From: Malacoraja senta
Taxonomy: Eukaryota
Direction: 5' to 3'
DNA length: 64,000 nt
Assembly (NCBI GenBank): GCA_038087875.1
Contig: CM075982.1
Location: 25,358,001-25,422,000 of the forward strand
Below are positions 24,740 to 37,307 of this stretch, piece by piece. How positions within the stretch are numbered: the stretch's first letter is position 1; the number at the start of each line of letters is the position of its first letter. Both the position numbers and the translations under genes were made by a program. The notes beneath the pieces were generated by a model. That model was not told the origin of the DNA. It worked only from the letters and a program-made list of their open reading frames with translations, and made no database searches.

Positions 24740-25875
24740 ATATAGTTTCTTTGGTCCTCACCTTCCATCCAACCAGCCTTTGCATCCAGCACATCATTAT
24801 TCAACATTTTCACAAGCTGCAACGTGATCCTATTTTCTGTCCCATCTTCCCCTCCCACTCCTTTCTGCTTCGCGCAAGGACCGCTCTCATCTTAACTCGC
24901 CTCTAACCTTTGCAAAGGCTGGTTTGCTCATCCATCCCCACCCTTCACTCTCCCTTTCCTTTCGCTCTAGCACTTTCCCCTGCAACGCTAGGAGAAGCAA
25001 CATCTGTCCCTATATCTCCACTCTGACTAACATCTAGGGACCCAAACAGCCTTTCCAGGTGAAGCAGAGGCACCTTGTCTAGTCTACTGCATAGGATATT
25101 CTCGATGTGGCCTCCTGCACATCGGTGAGATCAGGTACAGATTATGCGATCGCTTTGCGGAGTACCTTGCTCCATCTGCAATGCAACTGGAGATCACAAT
25201 TACTAGCCATTGCAATTACCCGCCCCATCCCCACACTGACCTGTCTGTCCTTAACCTCCTCCACAGCCAGGGCGAGGCTAAACGCAAACTATAAAAACAG
25301 CACATCATATTCTATCCTGGTAGTCTAGATCCCAATGGCATGAACATTGAATTCTCTAATTTCAGGTAACCTGCTCTCCTTCGGTCAATCTAGCCATCCT
25401 GATCCTCCCACTCACATTGTTCGTTCCTATGATACCCCACCCCCTCGAACCAGCTTCTTCCCCGTCCATCTCCAAATCATTCCTCTCATCAGTTCTCTTA
25501 CCTCTGCCATGCTTCCATTTGCTCACCTTACATCCTCAGTTGATCCAATGCTCAACTTTCCTGTCTCATCAGATTCCATTAACTGTAGCTCCTGGCTACC
25601 TCCACCTATCATGTGCCAACTCGGTTGTTATCTCCACCCCTCTCTCTCCCACCTGATTCCCATCCACCAATCCACCCCTCCTCACCAGGAGTGTACGAGT
25701 CCTTGGCCCAACCCCTCACCTCTTTATACTAGCTACCTCCATGATATTATTTCAGTACAGAGGAAGGGTCTCGAAATGGCAATTTACCATTTTGCTCTGT
25801 TGATGATGTCTGACCTGCTGTTCCTCCAGCAGTTTGTTTTTCCTTCCAGATTCCAGCATCTGTGGGTTTTTGTAT
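24740..25875 (+). mobile_element. Penelope-like (Neptune-type) retroelement 3' fragment with GIY-YIG endonuclease remnant
   Basis: Manual translation across stops and frameshifts: LVLTFHPTSLCIQHIIIQHFHKLQRDP; TFPCNARRSNICPY (Cys linker); GPKQPFQVKQR; LVYCIGYSRCGLLHIGE (GIY-YIG); DRFAEYL; GSLDPNGMNIEFSNFR* (TAA at 25367-25369). Then pyrimidine UTR, degenerate hammerhead and tail. Confidence 0.85.
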
Positions 25876-27179
25876 ACACAATTATTCTATCATAATTTAT
25901 AGTATCTCAGTAGTCAGTTGCAGAATCCATTTATTTGACTGATGCTGGGGATTTATTCCTATCTTGGTCTATGTTTTGTGGTCTTGTTTTGTTCTATGTT
26001 TCTTGGTTTATTGGTCCTCCAAAATATTCCAATATTATGTTGTGGGCTTTGAATGGTTAGTCAAGTGAAAGTAAGTCATGTCCTGCGCAATTCTGCCTAT
26101 TTCATCATTGCTGGATTCAGGTGAGAATGCACATTCTTTCCAGTTAGGAGCAGGAGCCCAAGCACTGGGAAAATAGTTCCATTGCCAATTGTAAAAATCA
26201 ATCTTTACCTGGGCTTCCACGCTGGAGATTAGGAAGATTGGCATCAAAGCCACAGTGCAAATTTCACTAATCAGCTTACTGAGGAAAATAGCTTGCTCTC
26301 ACAAGAAATCTAGAGATCTGAAAGCAAATAGATGTTCCATTTGGGGGAAAGGCAGGTCCAAAATGATTTCAAGAAATGCTAGACAGTCCCAGCGAATTCA
26401 AGAGAAACCCAGACAGTGGTAAGGTGAATAGCAGAGATATTTTAAGGTGGATAAACCCCAGGGAGAATTGAAAGAAACAAAATAATAGTCAGTGGGCAGT
26501 GACAGAAGAAGATCGAGGAGGAAGATTATGCACGTCATGAACACCTGCAAAAACCAGTTGGGTTAAATGGCCTGATTCTGTACAATACTGAATAATAAAC
26601 ACCATGCTAAATAAAAATCTGAAGAAAATGTTCCATATAAAAATGGATTATCCATTTGGAGGTCATTTTATTAACAGTGACGACGAGACCATGTCCTAAT
26701 TCCGGCAGAGAAAATTGACTGGCTAGTTAGTTAGCACGTGTTACTTAGACGTGATGGTTGAGTGCTTGTTGCATCTTGTGCTTTTTCACCCAGACTTGTA
26801 AATCCATTTAGTTTCTGGAGACATTGCTATTAATGCACTTTAAAAAAAAGTTGCATCTGACCAACAAAAACATAGGCTCAGGTGGGAAGGGGAACGAGTG
26901 ATCGAAGCGGGTCAGAGAGCTGAGAACATCCGCTCTATAATCCTTGGTCTCAAGGGTGAGTTTACGGTCAGATACCTCCTTGCCTCATTGCATTGTTGGA
27001 GTAACTGTTGGAGTATTACCCTTCTGTACCTTCGGATGATGAAATAAAAACAAAGACTCCACACGCTTGTCAGGCCGAGTATACATAAACTGTTTCTACG
27101 GCCAAAGATGTGCGTTAAAAACTTATCGCTACCCCATTCTCCCGACGTCATTAAAATGGACACGTTTGGGATGGGAGGC

Positions 27180-27650
27180 CTAGTGGGGTGACAGCCACGG
27201 AAAGAGACACATGCAGTGTCTCCGTGGCCGCCACTAGCTGTGACTTCATCGAACGAGCAGTCCGAGTCCCCGACTTCAGCATTTAAGGCCCTCCCCATTA
27301 ACCAGTTCCACTTACCGTCCAGAGCGACTGTCCCCCATCTTTGGTACATCGATTGTGGGGATGGGGATTGGGGGGGGGGCGAGCACGGAGCGCGGGCACA
27401 CTCCGTGACGACAACCAGGTGACAGTCCACGTGGTGCACGTGGGTCCTCGAGACCCCCACACACCTCTCGCGTTCGAGACCGCCGACACCCCACGTGACA
27501 GTTGGGCCAGACGGCGGGTACCACGGGGTGGGTGGGTGATCTCGTGACGCTCGATGCGCCCCCACGTGATCGTGGCCCTGGCAATATCTCACGTCTCCTG
27601 CCCTCGTGACAGCCGGCACATCGCACGTGACTGGATAGGGCACCGTGTAG
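27180..27650. promoter_or_regulatory. Intronic CpG-rich patch with clustered E-boxes (candidate enhancer or alternative promoter)
   Basis: Five CACGTG sites (27428, 27437, 27492, 27563, 27624), two CTCGTG, one CAGGTG. High CpG content with no recognisable TE ends. Confidence 0.5.
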
Positions 27651-28077
27651 CTGACCTTTATTTCTGAATGAATGGGAATTGACCAATTTGTGTTTCTAAT
27701 TTAATTAATTTAAAATATATATTGATTAGTACAGTTGGGGAGAAGGCAGGAGAATGGGGTTAGGAGGGAGAGAATAGATCAGGCATGATTGAATAGCGGA
27801 GTAGATTTGATGGGCGAATGGCCTAATTGAATTCTACCACTACACCTTATGACTGTCCCTGGGGGGGCACGGAGGGTAACGCGCTCCCCCACACGATGCG
27901 CTGCTGTCTGACATGAGCGCGAGGCCCGGTGTTGACACAACGCCGGTGGGGGTGGGCGGAGTCCTCCCTTCAAGAATGTTCGGCCTCGTCCGCCAGTCCA
28001 GTAGGGTGGGAGAGTCTGGGCGGCCTTACTCCCCGTTACCGTTTTATGGCGACGGTGGGATGCCCATCACATATTTC

Positions 28078-28365
28078 GGGCTTCACAGCGGCGCAGTTGC
28101 TGCCTTACAGCACCAGAGACCCGGGTTCGATCCTAACCTCGGGTGCTGTGCGTGTGGAGTTTGCACATTCTCCCTGTGACGACGTGGGTTTCCTCCCACG
28201 TCCCAAAGATGTGCTGGTTGTAGGTTAATTGGCTTCTGTAAATTGCCCCGAGTGGATGAGAAAGTGGGATAATGTAGAACTGAGAACGGATGATCGATGG
28301 TCGGCACGGACTCGGTGGGCCGAAGGGGTTGTTTCTAGGCTGTGTATTTCAATCAAATCAAACAA
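28078..28365 (+). mobile_element. V-SINE (HE1-like)
   Basis: B-box gggttcgatcc, V-domain, CR1-like tail and (aatca)n end. Confidence 0.85.
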
Positions 28366-28925
28366 ACATTTTTATAGTTGCCCAACAGTGAGGAATATTG
28401 CAGACCTCGAGGAGGTTCATGTTATCAGGATGCATAGGATTTCCTTTCAGGTAGATAGCCAGGTGCAAATATTTGTTTTAATGCAGATGCTAGAAATCTA
28501 CAGTAGATATTGGAAATACCCAGCAGGTCAGGCTGCCGCTGTGGGAAGAGAAACTTCCATTAAACTTTCAGGTCCACGATCTTTGGTCAGTGGGAGCTCA
28601 AGGAGGAGCTGTCCATTCAGCACCATGACTGTATGAAAACAAACCTGAGCGATAGTTAGCAGCCAGATTGGGCTCCAGTTCCCAATCAGGCTTCAGTAGT
28701 GGCTGGGTCAATGGACCAACAATCCAGACATGGACCAATGTTATTTTGGACACAAAGGATTTGAATACCACAGAACCTGGACCATATAAAAGGCTTCTGG
28801 ATAGGCACATGGATATGTGGGGAATGGAGGAATATGGATCATGTGTAGGCAGAGGAGATTAGTTTAACTTGGTATTATGTTTGGCCCAGACATTGTGGTC
28901 CGAAGAGCCTGTTCCTGTGCTGTAC

Positions 28926-28928
<3 letters not shown>

Positions 28929-28964
<36 letters not shown>
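28929..28964. repeat. (TA)n microsatellite at a CR1 tail
   Basis: About 18 TA units following cctgtgctgtactat. Confidence 0.95.
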
Positions 28965-28968
<4 letters not shown>

Positions 28969-30256
28969 GCTATTTATTCTGGATTATAAAACAATGGTAT
29001 ATATTAATACATTATTGTAAAAATATTAACAATTTTTGTGAAGGGCCCATAGGTTAACCAAAAGGTTTAATCCACATTTCCACATACATTAGCTGGACCA
29101 GAATCCCCTACAAACATTGACCTGTTCTCATAGGTCTGATGTGGAGATGCGATGGACAGTGTCCATGTGTGGAAGTGATGGGTTGAGTCCAGAGGAGAGT
29201 TGGAGATTTGGGTGCTCTAACGCACTAAAATGTTGGACTTGAATAAAAGCAATTGGGACTTTGAGTAACTTTGCTATCAGAGAAAGATGATCTCTTCATG
29301 CTCAGTCACTGATACAACTCAACCTGCTGACAAGGGTGAAGAGATAAGGTTCAGCACAATCACTGTGTGCTGTAGGCTGACTCAGCGGCCTGTTGTCAGG
29401 TCCCTCTGTGAATGATTGATGAATAATACTCTGCACTGCTGGCCGGGTTAGACCAAGAGATCTGTTCCATCTGTTCCCCATGGCCTGTCAGTAATTATTA
29501 ATGTGGTGTGGAAATATTGTATGCCTGGTGGGGGAGGGTGGCAAATACACTTGACTTGCATTTCATGACCTCAGGATGCCCCAGAGTGTGTTGAAGTGTT
29601 TATTTGAAATGTAGTCAATATTACAATGGATGGAATGTAGAAGTCAGTTTACACAACATAAGCTGCCACAACGGACAATATGATACAAGCCAGGCAATCC
29701 GTTTCTGTCACATTGATTGAGGGATAACGACTAGGTGTGACAAAAGGATAACTCCCCTATTCTTCAGGGTATTTTGACAAACCAACATCCTGTGATGTTT
29801 GACAGGTCTCAGTTTAAAGCCTCACATGTGAGGCAGCTCCTATGTCAAAACACCATGGCCCCTCATTACTTTTTTTGTGCGTCCTTGAGTGGGTTAGAAT
29901 CCAAAATGACTTGGAGGCAAGTATTCTGCCCACTTAACTACTGCAGGTCAGGTTATTTCCCTGGTTTTTATTTGCAGAACTGTCATTGTTTTATGCTCCC
30001 TTTTTCTGCCCTTGAAAACCTTTTGTGTGAAGAAGTGTGTCATCCGGCCAGTGAAGTCAGGCTGTAACATTCACCTCTTGATAGCTATAGTGTAACCGCA
30101 GCTGGCCTGGCATCGCAATTGTCTGGCACTGACTTTCCGTTAAATCTTCCACAATTTAAAAAATATATTTATTTGCTCGTGGGTTGTGCACATTGCTGAC
30201 TTGACCTGTCTTTGTGCAACAGAGAGTTGAATGGTTTAACCCTTATGCTTTTCCAG

Positions 30257-30456
30257 AGTTTGACTCAACGAAGCTAGCCCGAATGGTGTTCACCAAGCTC
30301 CACATGGTCTGCTGCAGCTGGGTGAAGGACCTGCCTTTAACAAGAAGATCACATCCCTATTTCGAAACATCAATTCATGCCATCAAAAACATGCGCAGGA
30401 AAATGGAGGATAAACATGTTTGCCTGCCTGATTTCAATACTCTCTTTAATCTAGAG
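30257..30456 (+). CDS. PPM1E: PPM1E coding exon 3
   Basis: ttttccag / gtaggt. 200 nt. Encodes [11 protein letters not shown]...[31 protein letters not shown] with the PP2C RxxMED motif. In frame with exon 2. Confidence 0.95.
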
Positions 30457-32151
30457 GTAGGTAGATATAGGCTGACATAACATGATATGAACTTTTCTTA
30501 GCCTATCCCTACATTGCTGGCCTTTTAAGCATCCATTGACTCCTCTGGGCTCCTTAAAAACTACAAACATCAACCATTTATTTTATAAGTTGCTTGAAAT
30601 TTCTTAAATTCCCATTCATCTATTCTTTAAAAGATAGTTTATTTCTATTTGATGGGTTTATGAGGAGATCTCTTGGTATCTCTCCCCTTAAGATTTGTTG
30701 AACACATTTCAATGTATTTTATTCTCTTACTCTAACTGCCTCTCCTTCAGTCCTCTGTTGAAGTCAAGGTCTTGCACCAAGGCAACCAGTACCCATGGAT
30801 CTGTCTCCCATTCATCCTATGCTAGGCTGAGTAGTGAGAAATCTGATTGCAGAGTGCATCAGGTTTAAGTCCCACCCAACAGCTGGAAGCTGAAATTATT
30901 GACTATCAGGCCAAGGATTGAAATGGGACTTTCTTATCCGTGGCTTTACCTGATGCATACTTTCACCTGCACTTATTTTCTTGGTTCAATTTTAAATACA
31001 GAAACCCAGAGAGAGCTAATCTCTCTTTATCCACAAGTCAACAGGGTACAATCTCAGAAAAAGTGAATTAATGCAGCAGTGCTTTGAAGACACTTGCATT
31101 TCAGCAGTGTTTCACCAACTCAAGTCCCAATGCATTTTACAGCTGTGTAGTCATTGCTGTAATGCAGGAAATGCAGCAGCCATTTGTACACAGAAAGCTC
31201 CCAATAAGTGAAATGATAACCATATCATCCGGTTTTAACTTTTGAAAAAATAGTGTTGGCCAGGACACAAGAGAACACTCCCTTGAATTATTTCAAAAGC
31301 TTCATTAGATCACTTCTACGCATCAGGTTGGACAAACAGGACCTTGTTTAACATTTCATTGGAAAGGTGGCATCTCCGCGAATGTTGCACTACCTCAATC
31401 TGCTACTGGGAGGTTAACTTAGGATTTAAGGCTGAAGGCCACAACTGATCCTCAATTGACACATTCTTCATCAAGATGAGCTGCCATTTGAGTCGGCAAT
31501 ACTTCAAATCAGAGTGTATCCTGAGAATAGGCAATGAATCTGGTGTTGCTTAGAAAGATGTGGCAATAATAGCTGTCATAGACAATTATTTCATTAAACA
31601 GCTGCCTTGTCTGTCTGTATCTGAATAGTTAGCATTTGTTGATGGAGGATGGCAAAAATGAAAGTAAATGAGATGGATGAAGGCAAGTTTGCGATTGGAA
31701 AGATGGTGGGAAACAGAATAACAAAGGCTATGAAGAAGGGTGGAAGAAAATTAGGCATGGAAGTTGGTGGGGGAGGCTTAAGTATAAGTGAGTGGAAATG
31801 AGGCAGCAAGTCAGTGAGAAGACAAGAAAGGGGGAAATAAGAAAATTAATGCTGAGTGGAAAGGGTGGGGGGGCGGGAGAAAAGACAAGAAGAGGCAGAT
31901 GACCAATAAATGGCAAATTAAAAGAAGGTATAAGAGTGGTGAGGGGATGAGGAAGAGAAAATGGTGATTATTGGAAGCAGGAATTCAAATGAGTCTGCTT
32001 TTGGAGAGGAATTTATATAGGAAAATTGTATGCATGTGATGTACCCCTGATGCCCATTATTCTTTTGTTGTTTGTGGATTGCATGCGATCCAAAGTGTTC
32101 CCCATTTACAAAGCAGGCTGGCTACTCCTCAGGAATTCTTAGCTACAAATT

Positions 32152-32462
32152 ACTTTAGTAATGCAGTGAGGTGTTGCACTTTGGGAGGTCGTATGTAAGG
32201 GGAAAGCATAGAGTTAATGGCAAGATCCATAACAACATTGATGTATAGAGGGATCTTGAGGTCCAAGTCCATAGCTCCCTGAAAGTGGTAACACAAGTAG
32301 ATAGAGTGGTGTTTTGGAGGCATTTAGTTAGGCAGATGGATATGCAGTGATTGGAGGGATATGGATCACAAGCAGGCAAAGGAGATTAGTTTAACTAGGC
32401 ATCATTGACGACACAGACATTGTGGGTCAGAGGGCCAGTTCCTGTGCTGTATTGTTCTATGT
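32152..32462 (+). mobile_element. CR1 fragment ending just upstream of the exon 4 acceptor
   Basis: EVLHFGR...QRDLxVQVHSSLKVxTQVDRVV-type remnant joined to a CR1 tail. Confidence 0.75.
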
Positions 32463-32509
32463 CAACATCTTTGTTTCTCTGCCTATCTGTAACTTTTTTC
32501 TCCCAGCAG

Positions 32510-32698
32510 GACCAGGAAGAACAATCATTTTTTGCTGTGTTTGATGGACATGGAGGGGTGGACGCTGCAATTTATGCCTCCATCCACCTTCATGTGAACC
32601 TGGCCCGTCAGGAAATTTTCCAGCATGACCCTGCTGAGGCCTTGTGTCGTGCCTTTCGTCTCACGGATGAACGATTTGTCCAGAAGGCTGCCAGAGAG
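32510..32698 (+). CDS. PPM1E: PPM1E coding exon 4
   Basis: Acceptor tcccagcag (NAGNAG), donor gtttgt. 189 nt. Encodes [28 protein letters not shown]...KAARE with the DGHGG metal-binding motif. Confidence 0.95.
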
Positions 32699-33673
32699 GT
32701 TTGTGATCAACATCTGAAGAAACCTCGCACTGAATATGTCCAAGAGGGCTGTCTCTCACTTGTATATGATTTCTGTCCCACATGGAAGGCCATTTGTTAC
32801 CATTGTTCTGCCTGAATCAACATCTCACCGAGTGAGGTGGTAACTAGAAGCTGTTGCCATGCATGTGATGGATTGGTGCAATGAGACAATGAAATGGGCT
32901 GCCAACGTAATCTGAGTACAGTGTTCACCAAGTGATTAAGAGCAACTCTGCTGGGCCAAATAAGTTATTTGGCCTTTACTATCTCTTTGGGAAGGCTATC
33001 CAATCTCCCACTCTCCTGTTTTTAACCTATTCAAGTTAAATGTCCAAAATACACTTAAAAGATGGAGTCAGATTTTGTTTACCTATTTGGGCACCTTGCA
33101 TACCTTGCCACCCCTCTTTGTTGAGAAATGCACCCTCATCTTTTCTGACTCTTGTGCCAGTTATTACCTATTGACCACTCTTGATTTAATCCTGTACAGA
33201 CTAATGCCAACCTCTGCTCTCCCCAGAGTTCCCGATGGTACCTCCAGCCACTCACTCACCAGCGCATAAGCAGCTGCGAGCAGAAAGTGAGAAATGTTTA
33301 TAATTGTGAGTGGCGAGTAAGGGGGTCAAAGATTTATCCCCAATTTCTCTAATTCTTCCAGCTACCTCTACGATACCACCAAAAATGGGGAAGAGATTTC
33401 AGGAAACTTCCACCAAAGAACCATCACAGTGATCACGCAGCATCACACTCCATGCAGCACAACAGGATATTTTAGTATGATGTGAAGGGGTGAATGGCAG
33501 ACAGCCTAAATTGTAAAGTGATCTTCCTCCACCTGATGAATCAGGCTAGGATAAATTTGTGGAGAATCTCACATGTCCTGGTCAGGAAGCTCTGAGCAGG
33601 GAGGGGTCAAGCGGGTGTATGGAAATGCTGATAACTTTGATGATAACCTACAGTTTCATTCGGATTCCCTCAG

Positions 33674-33817
33674 AACATGCGATGTGGCTCAACTGGAGTG
33701 GTGACCTTTTTGCGGGGCAACATGCTGCACATAGCCTGGCTTGGGGACTCCCAGGTAATGCTGGTCCGAAGAGGCCAGGTCGTGGAACTGATGAAACCCC
33801 ACAAACCTGATCGAGAG
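33674..33817 (+). CDS. PPM1E: PPM1E coding exon 5
   Basis: ccctcag / gtaatt. 144 nt. Manual translation [48 protein letters not shown] (GDS and HKP motifs). This frame is not in the ORF track. Confidence 0.95.
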
Positions 33818-34047
33818 GTAATTGGGGCACAGTGACAGCATGTCGAATTTTCTTGACACAAATGTGCACTTTTGATGATGGGGATCATACATGGCTTTAT
33901 GGACTGGAAATTGCCTCAAACTCTCCATCACAACTCCTCTGCTAAGGGAAATATATCCTGCCTTCCCTTAGGTCAATCATAATTTTATACACTTCAGTCA
34001 TTGTCCCTCAATCTTCTCTGTCCTAAAGAAAACAGACTTAACCTATC

Positions 34048-34146
34048 AAGTCTGAAGAAGGGTTTCAACCCGAAACATCACCTATTCTTTTTCTCCAGAG
34101 ATGCTGCCTGACCTGCTGAGTTACTCCAGTTTTTTGTGTCTATCTC
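34048..34146 (+). mobile_element. Penelope-like short copy with near-intact hammerhead
   Basis: CTGAAGA-A-GGGT-ttca-ACCC-GAAAC-ATC at 34052-34079, with a G to A change at a CpG. 8-bp direct repeat aacctatc at 34040-34047 and 34147-34154. Confidence 0.8.
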
Positions 34147-34666
34147 AACCTATCCAATCTTTCCTAGCCATAAATTTTCAGCCCTTGTTTTTTTTTCTCT
34201 TCTGCACTCTCTCTAGAAAAGACCAAGACTAACATGTATTAGCTTTGTAACCATCTATTTTCAAACTCCTAGGATACATGTAATCAGATCCAGAGGAATA
34301 ACTGTACTTAAATAAACATCTTTGTCACTTGCCGTAAGGGTGCTCAAGTTTACAAACACAATTAAGAACAAGGAGGAAGAGTAGGCCACTCAATACCTCA
34401 TTTAATAAGATCATCGCTGATCTGATTGTAAGCTCAACATTTCCATGTTACCTTAAGTTTGCCGTAAAGAAAATCAAATACTTAACTTCCACTGCCTTTT
34501 AAGGAAGAGTTCCAAAGTATTGTGATCCTCTTGAGAGAAAAGCAATTCACCCCAACTCTGTCATAAATGGACAACTCTTGTTTTTAAATAGTGGCCTTTT
34601 GTTCTGGATTTTTCTTGTAAAAGAGATTATTATCTATGTATTCACCCTGTCAAGAGAATCTTCAGT

Positions 34667-34857
34667 GATACTGCAGATACTGTTATGTTGAGCAGAAAAA
34701 AAAATTGCTGCAGGAGCTGAGTAGGCCAGGCAGTGTCTGTGGAGGGAGATGAATAGATTGTGTTTCGGGTCAGGACCCTTCTTAAATCTGAGGATGGGTA
34801 CTGGCCTGAAATATTGTCTCTCCATTTCCCTCCATGGATGATGCCAGACCTGATAAG
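34667..34857. mobile_element. Penelope-like foldback pair with back-to-back degenerate hammerheads
   Basis: gtttcgggtcaggacccttcttaaa|tctgaggatgggtactggcctgaaa; the arms are complementary. Confidence 0.65.
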
Positions 34858-34936
34858 AACCTTTAATGTCTTATTTGTCTTAATCATGTGACTTCCCACT
34901 CTGCTAAAATCCATACAGATACAAAAGGTTGAAACA

Positions 34937-35160
34937 AAGGGTGGTGGGTGTATGGAACAAGCTGCCAGAGGAGGTTGTTGCGGCTGGTACTATCCCAATG
35001 TTTAAGAACAGTTAGAGAGGTACATGGATAGGACAGATTTAGAGGGATATGGACCAAATGAGGGCAGGTGGGACTAGTGTAGCTGGGACATGCTGGTCGG
35101 TCTGGGCAAGTTGGGCCGAAGGGTCTGTTTCCAAGCTGTATCACTCCATGACTCTATGAC
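34937..35160 (+). mobile_element. CR1 3' end, young
   Basis: Nearly identical to 63857-64000. Ends catgactctatgac. Confidence 0.85.
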
Positions 35161-36182
35161 AAGCCTAGCATACCCATCCTTTCTCTGTAAGATAACCCAT
35201 CCATTCCTATTATTAGTCCAGTGAGCCTTCTCTGAGCTTTGAACACATAAACATTAAGAATGATATTATACATAGTACTCATAGTGTGATCTCACCAATG
35301 CCCTTTCTAACTGAAACATAATCTCTCTATTTCTGTATTCAATTTTATTAGTAATAAATGATAACTTGTTACTTAATTTCTTGAGGTGCCTACACACTGG
35401 CCTTTTACTATCCTTTGCCTATTTACATACTTTGCAATCTTTAATAATTTGTTTTGATGTTGGTTTCTAATTTATTCAGTTTTTCTTTATTCTCCCACCA
35501 TCAATTTCTTGCCACCCTTTTCAAAGTCCTTGCAGATTCCAGGTTTCCTGCTCTTTTTTCAACATTATCGGCTTCTTTCTTGAATATAACTTTAACTTCT
35601 CTTGTTAGTCCCAGTAAGACTTTTGTTTTTGTCTTTGTTAAATTTGTGTTTGTTAGAAATTGTTAATAATTTATTTCAATATGTGCCATCATTGAATCAA
35701 GTTTCCCAGTCCATCTCAGTTCATTCTGTCCTCATAATAACATTGTTTATTTGGTAGGTTCAGATTAGAGTTCCCAGTTTCAAAATTATCACAATTCCCT
35801 TTCAACCTCTTTATAAAGCTCATATGATGACTCTTACCCAGAAGCTATTTTACTGTAAGGTTATTAATTAGCTCTGTTTCATGGCACAATATTAAACCTG
35901 TTCTCTGTATGGTTCCTCCACATACTGAACTGTAAAACTATTTTGAATATATTCCATGTAATCATTCTCCACAGCAATACTGCAATTTGCTTTGTCCAGG
36001 ATGATTGTATTACCCATGTTCCATGTACCTCTACTGTAGTTGTCCGATGTATACTCAACTCAAGAATTAGGAGACTGTTTCTGCACCTTGATTTTTCTAG
36101 GCTAAGTGCTTCGCTCTACTTTCTTTATCCTGCTTTATCCCCAGGCATATCCTCCCAATCTGCCGAACTCTTCTAAAAGCCA

Positions 36183-36295
36183 AGTATAGAAAGAAGGAAC
36201 TGTAGATGCTAATTTACAAAAAAATACACTAATTACCAGTGTAACTCAGCATCTGGAGAGGTGCTGCCTGACCCGCTGAGTTACTTGGTGTTTTT
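36183..36295. mobile_element. Penelope-like foldback remnant
   Basis: Perfect 14-bp TSD tcttctaaaagcca at 36169-36182 and 36296-36309. Family tail sequence in both orientations. Confidence 0.75.
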
Positions 36296-36625
36296 TCTTC
36301 TAAAAGCCATATTTCTTAACCTTTTTAATTCACAACATTAATCATTATGCAACTATGACTCCAAATTCTTGCTTAGCTGTGAATGTTTTATGCATTCAGT
36401 TATCATGACTTTAGCTTTGACTCATTTCCCTGATGTCACCAGAGTCATTATGCCTAGGACTTTTGTTAAGTTTTCTGTCACATCCGGACTGACTATTACT
36501 TCTACTCAGGTCACTTCCCTGCTTTATAACATTGAAACACTGAATCTGAGGTTACTCTTTCCTATAATCGGATCAAAGCCAATCCACCACACTATTCATT
36601 CAGTTATCCAAGACACAGGTCTGCA

Positions 36626-36890
36626 TTTAGTTTAGAAATACAGCTTAGAAACAGGCCCTAGTTCTACGTTATTCTACTTTCTCATCCACTCCCAACACAC
36701 TAGGGGTACTTTACAGAGGTCAATTCACCTACAAACCAGCATGTCTATCGGATGTGGGAAGAAACCAAAGGACTCCCACAGTCACAGGGAGAACATGCAA
36801 ACTCTACATAGGCAGCACCCGAGATGAGGATCAAACTCGGGTCTCTGTCGCAGTGAGGCAGCAGCTCTACCAGCTGCACCACCATGTGCC
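36626..36890 (-). mobile_element. V-SINE (HE1-like)
   Basis: Homologous to 6451-6764. Confidence 0.8.
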
Positions 36891-37213
36891 AAATTTAGTG
36901 TAGATCTTTCCCCTGAATCAATACCCTACCATCCACTCCACTCATCTAGTTAGATCCTCCTGCACCACTCTGGTACTGTAACAATCCAGAAATTATTCAC
37001 TGTGATCCTCTGCACTATTTGGACTTGTGCTCCTCAACCTCTCACAGCAGAATCTCATTACTATTTTTTATCTGTGACACTGATTCTTGGGTGAACCAAG
37101 CAATTGGATCACCTCCAACCCTGCTCCCACTCAGCCCCCTATATCGCCAACTTCAAGGTCTTGTAACAGTGCCGCAACAGTTTTCCAACTCTTCCTTTTT
37201 TTTGTTCCTTCAG

Positions 37214-37307
37214 GATGAAAAGCAGAGGATTGAGGCACTCGGAGGCTGCGTGGTCTGGTTCGGGGCCTGGAGAGTTAATGGAAGCCTTTCCGTCTCCAGA
37301 GCGATCG
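37214..37307 (+). CDS. PPM1E: PPM1E coding exon 6
   Basis: ttccttcag / gtgagg. 94 nt. Encodes [31 protein letters not shown](G). Confidence 0.95.

Noticed and set aside
26912-27643. 243-aa minus-strand ORF and overlapping ORFs
   Set aside because: Stop-poor GC-rich DNA with no recognisable domain. Several frames are open at once, as expected from composition alone.
31620-31980. Long purine-rich tract
   Set aside because: Low complexity with no period or defined ends. Possibly a decayed PLE UTR, but unsupported.
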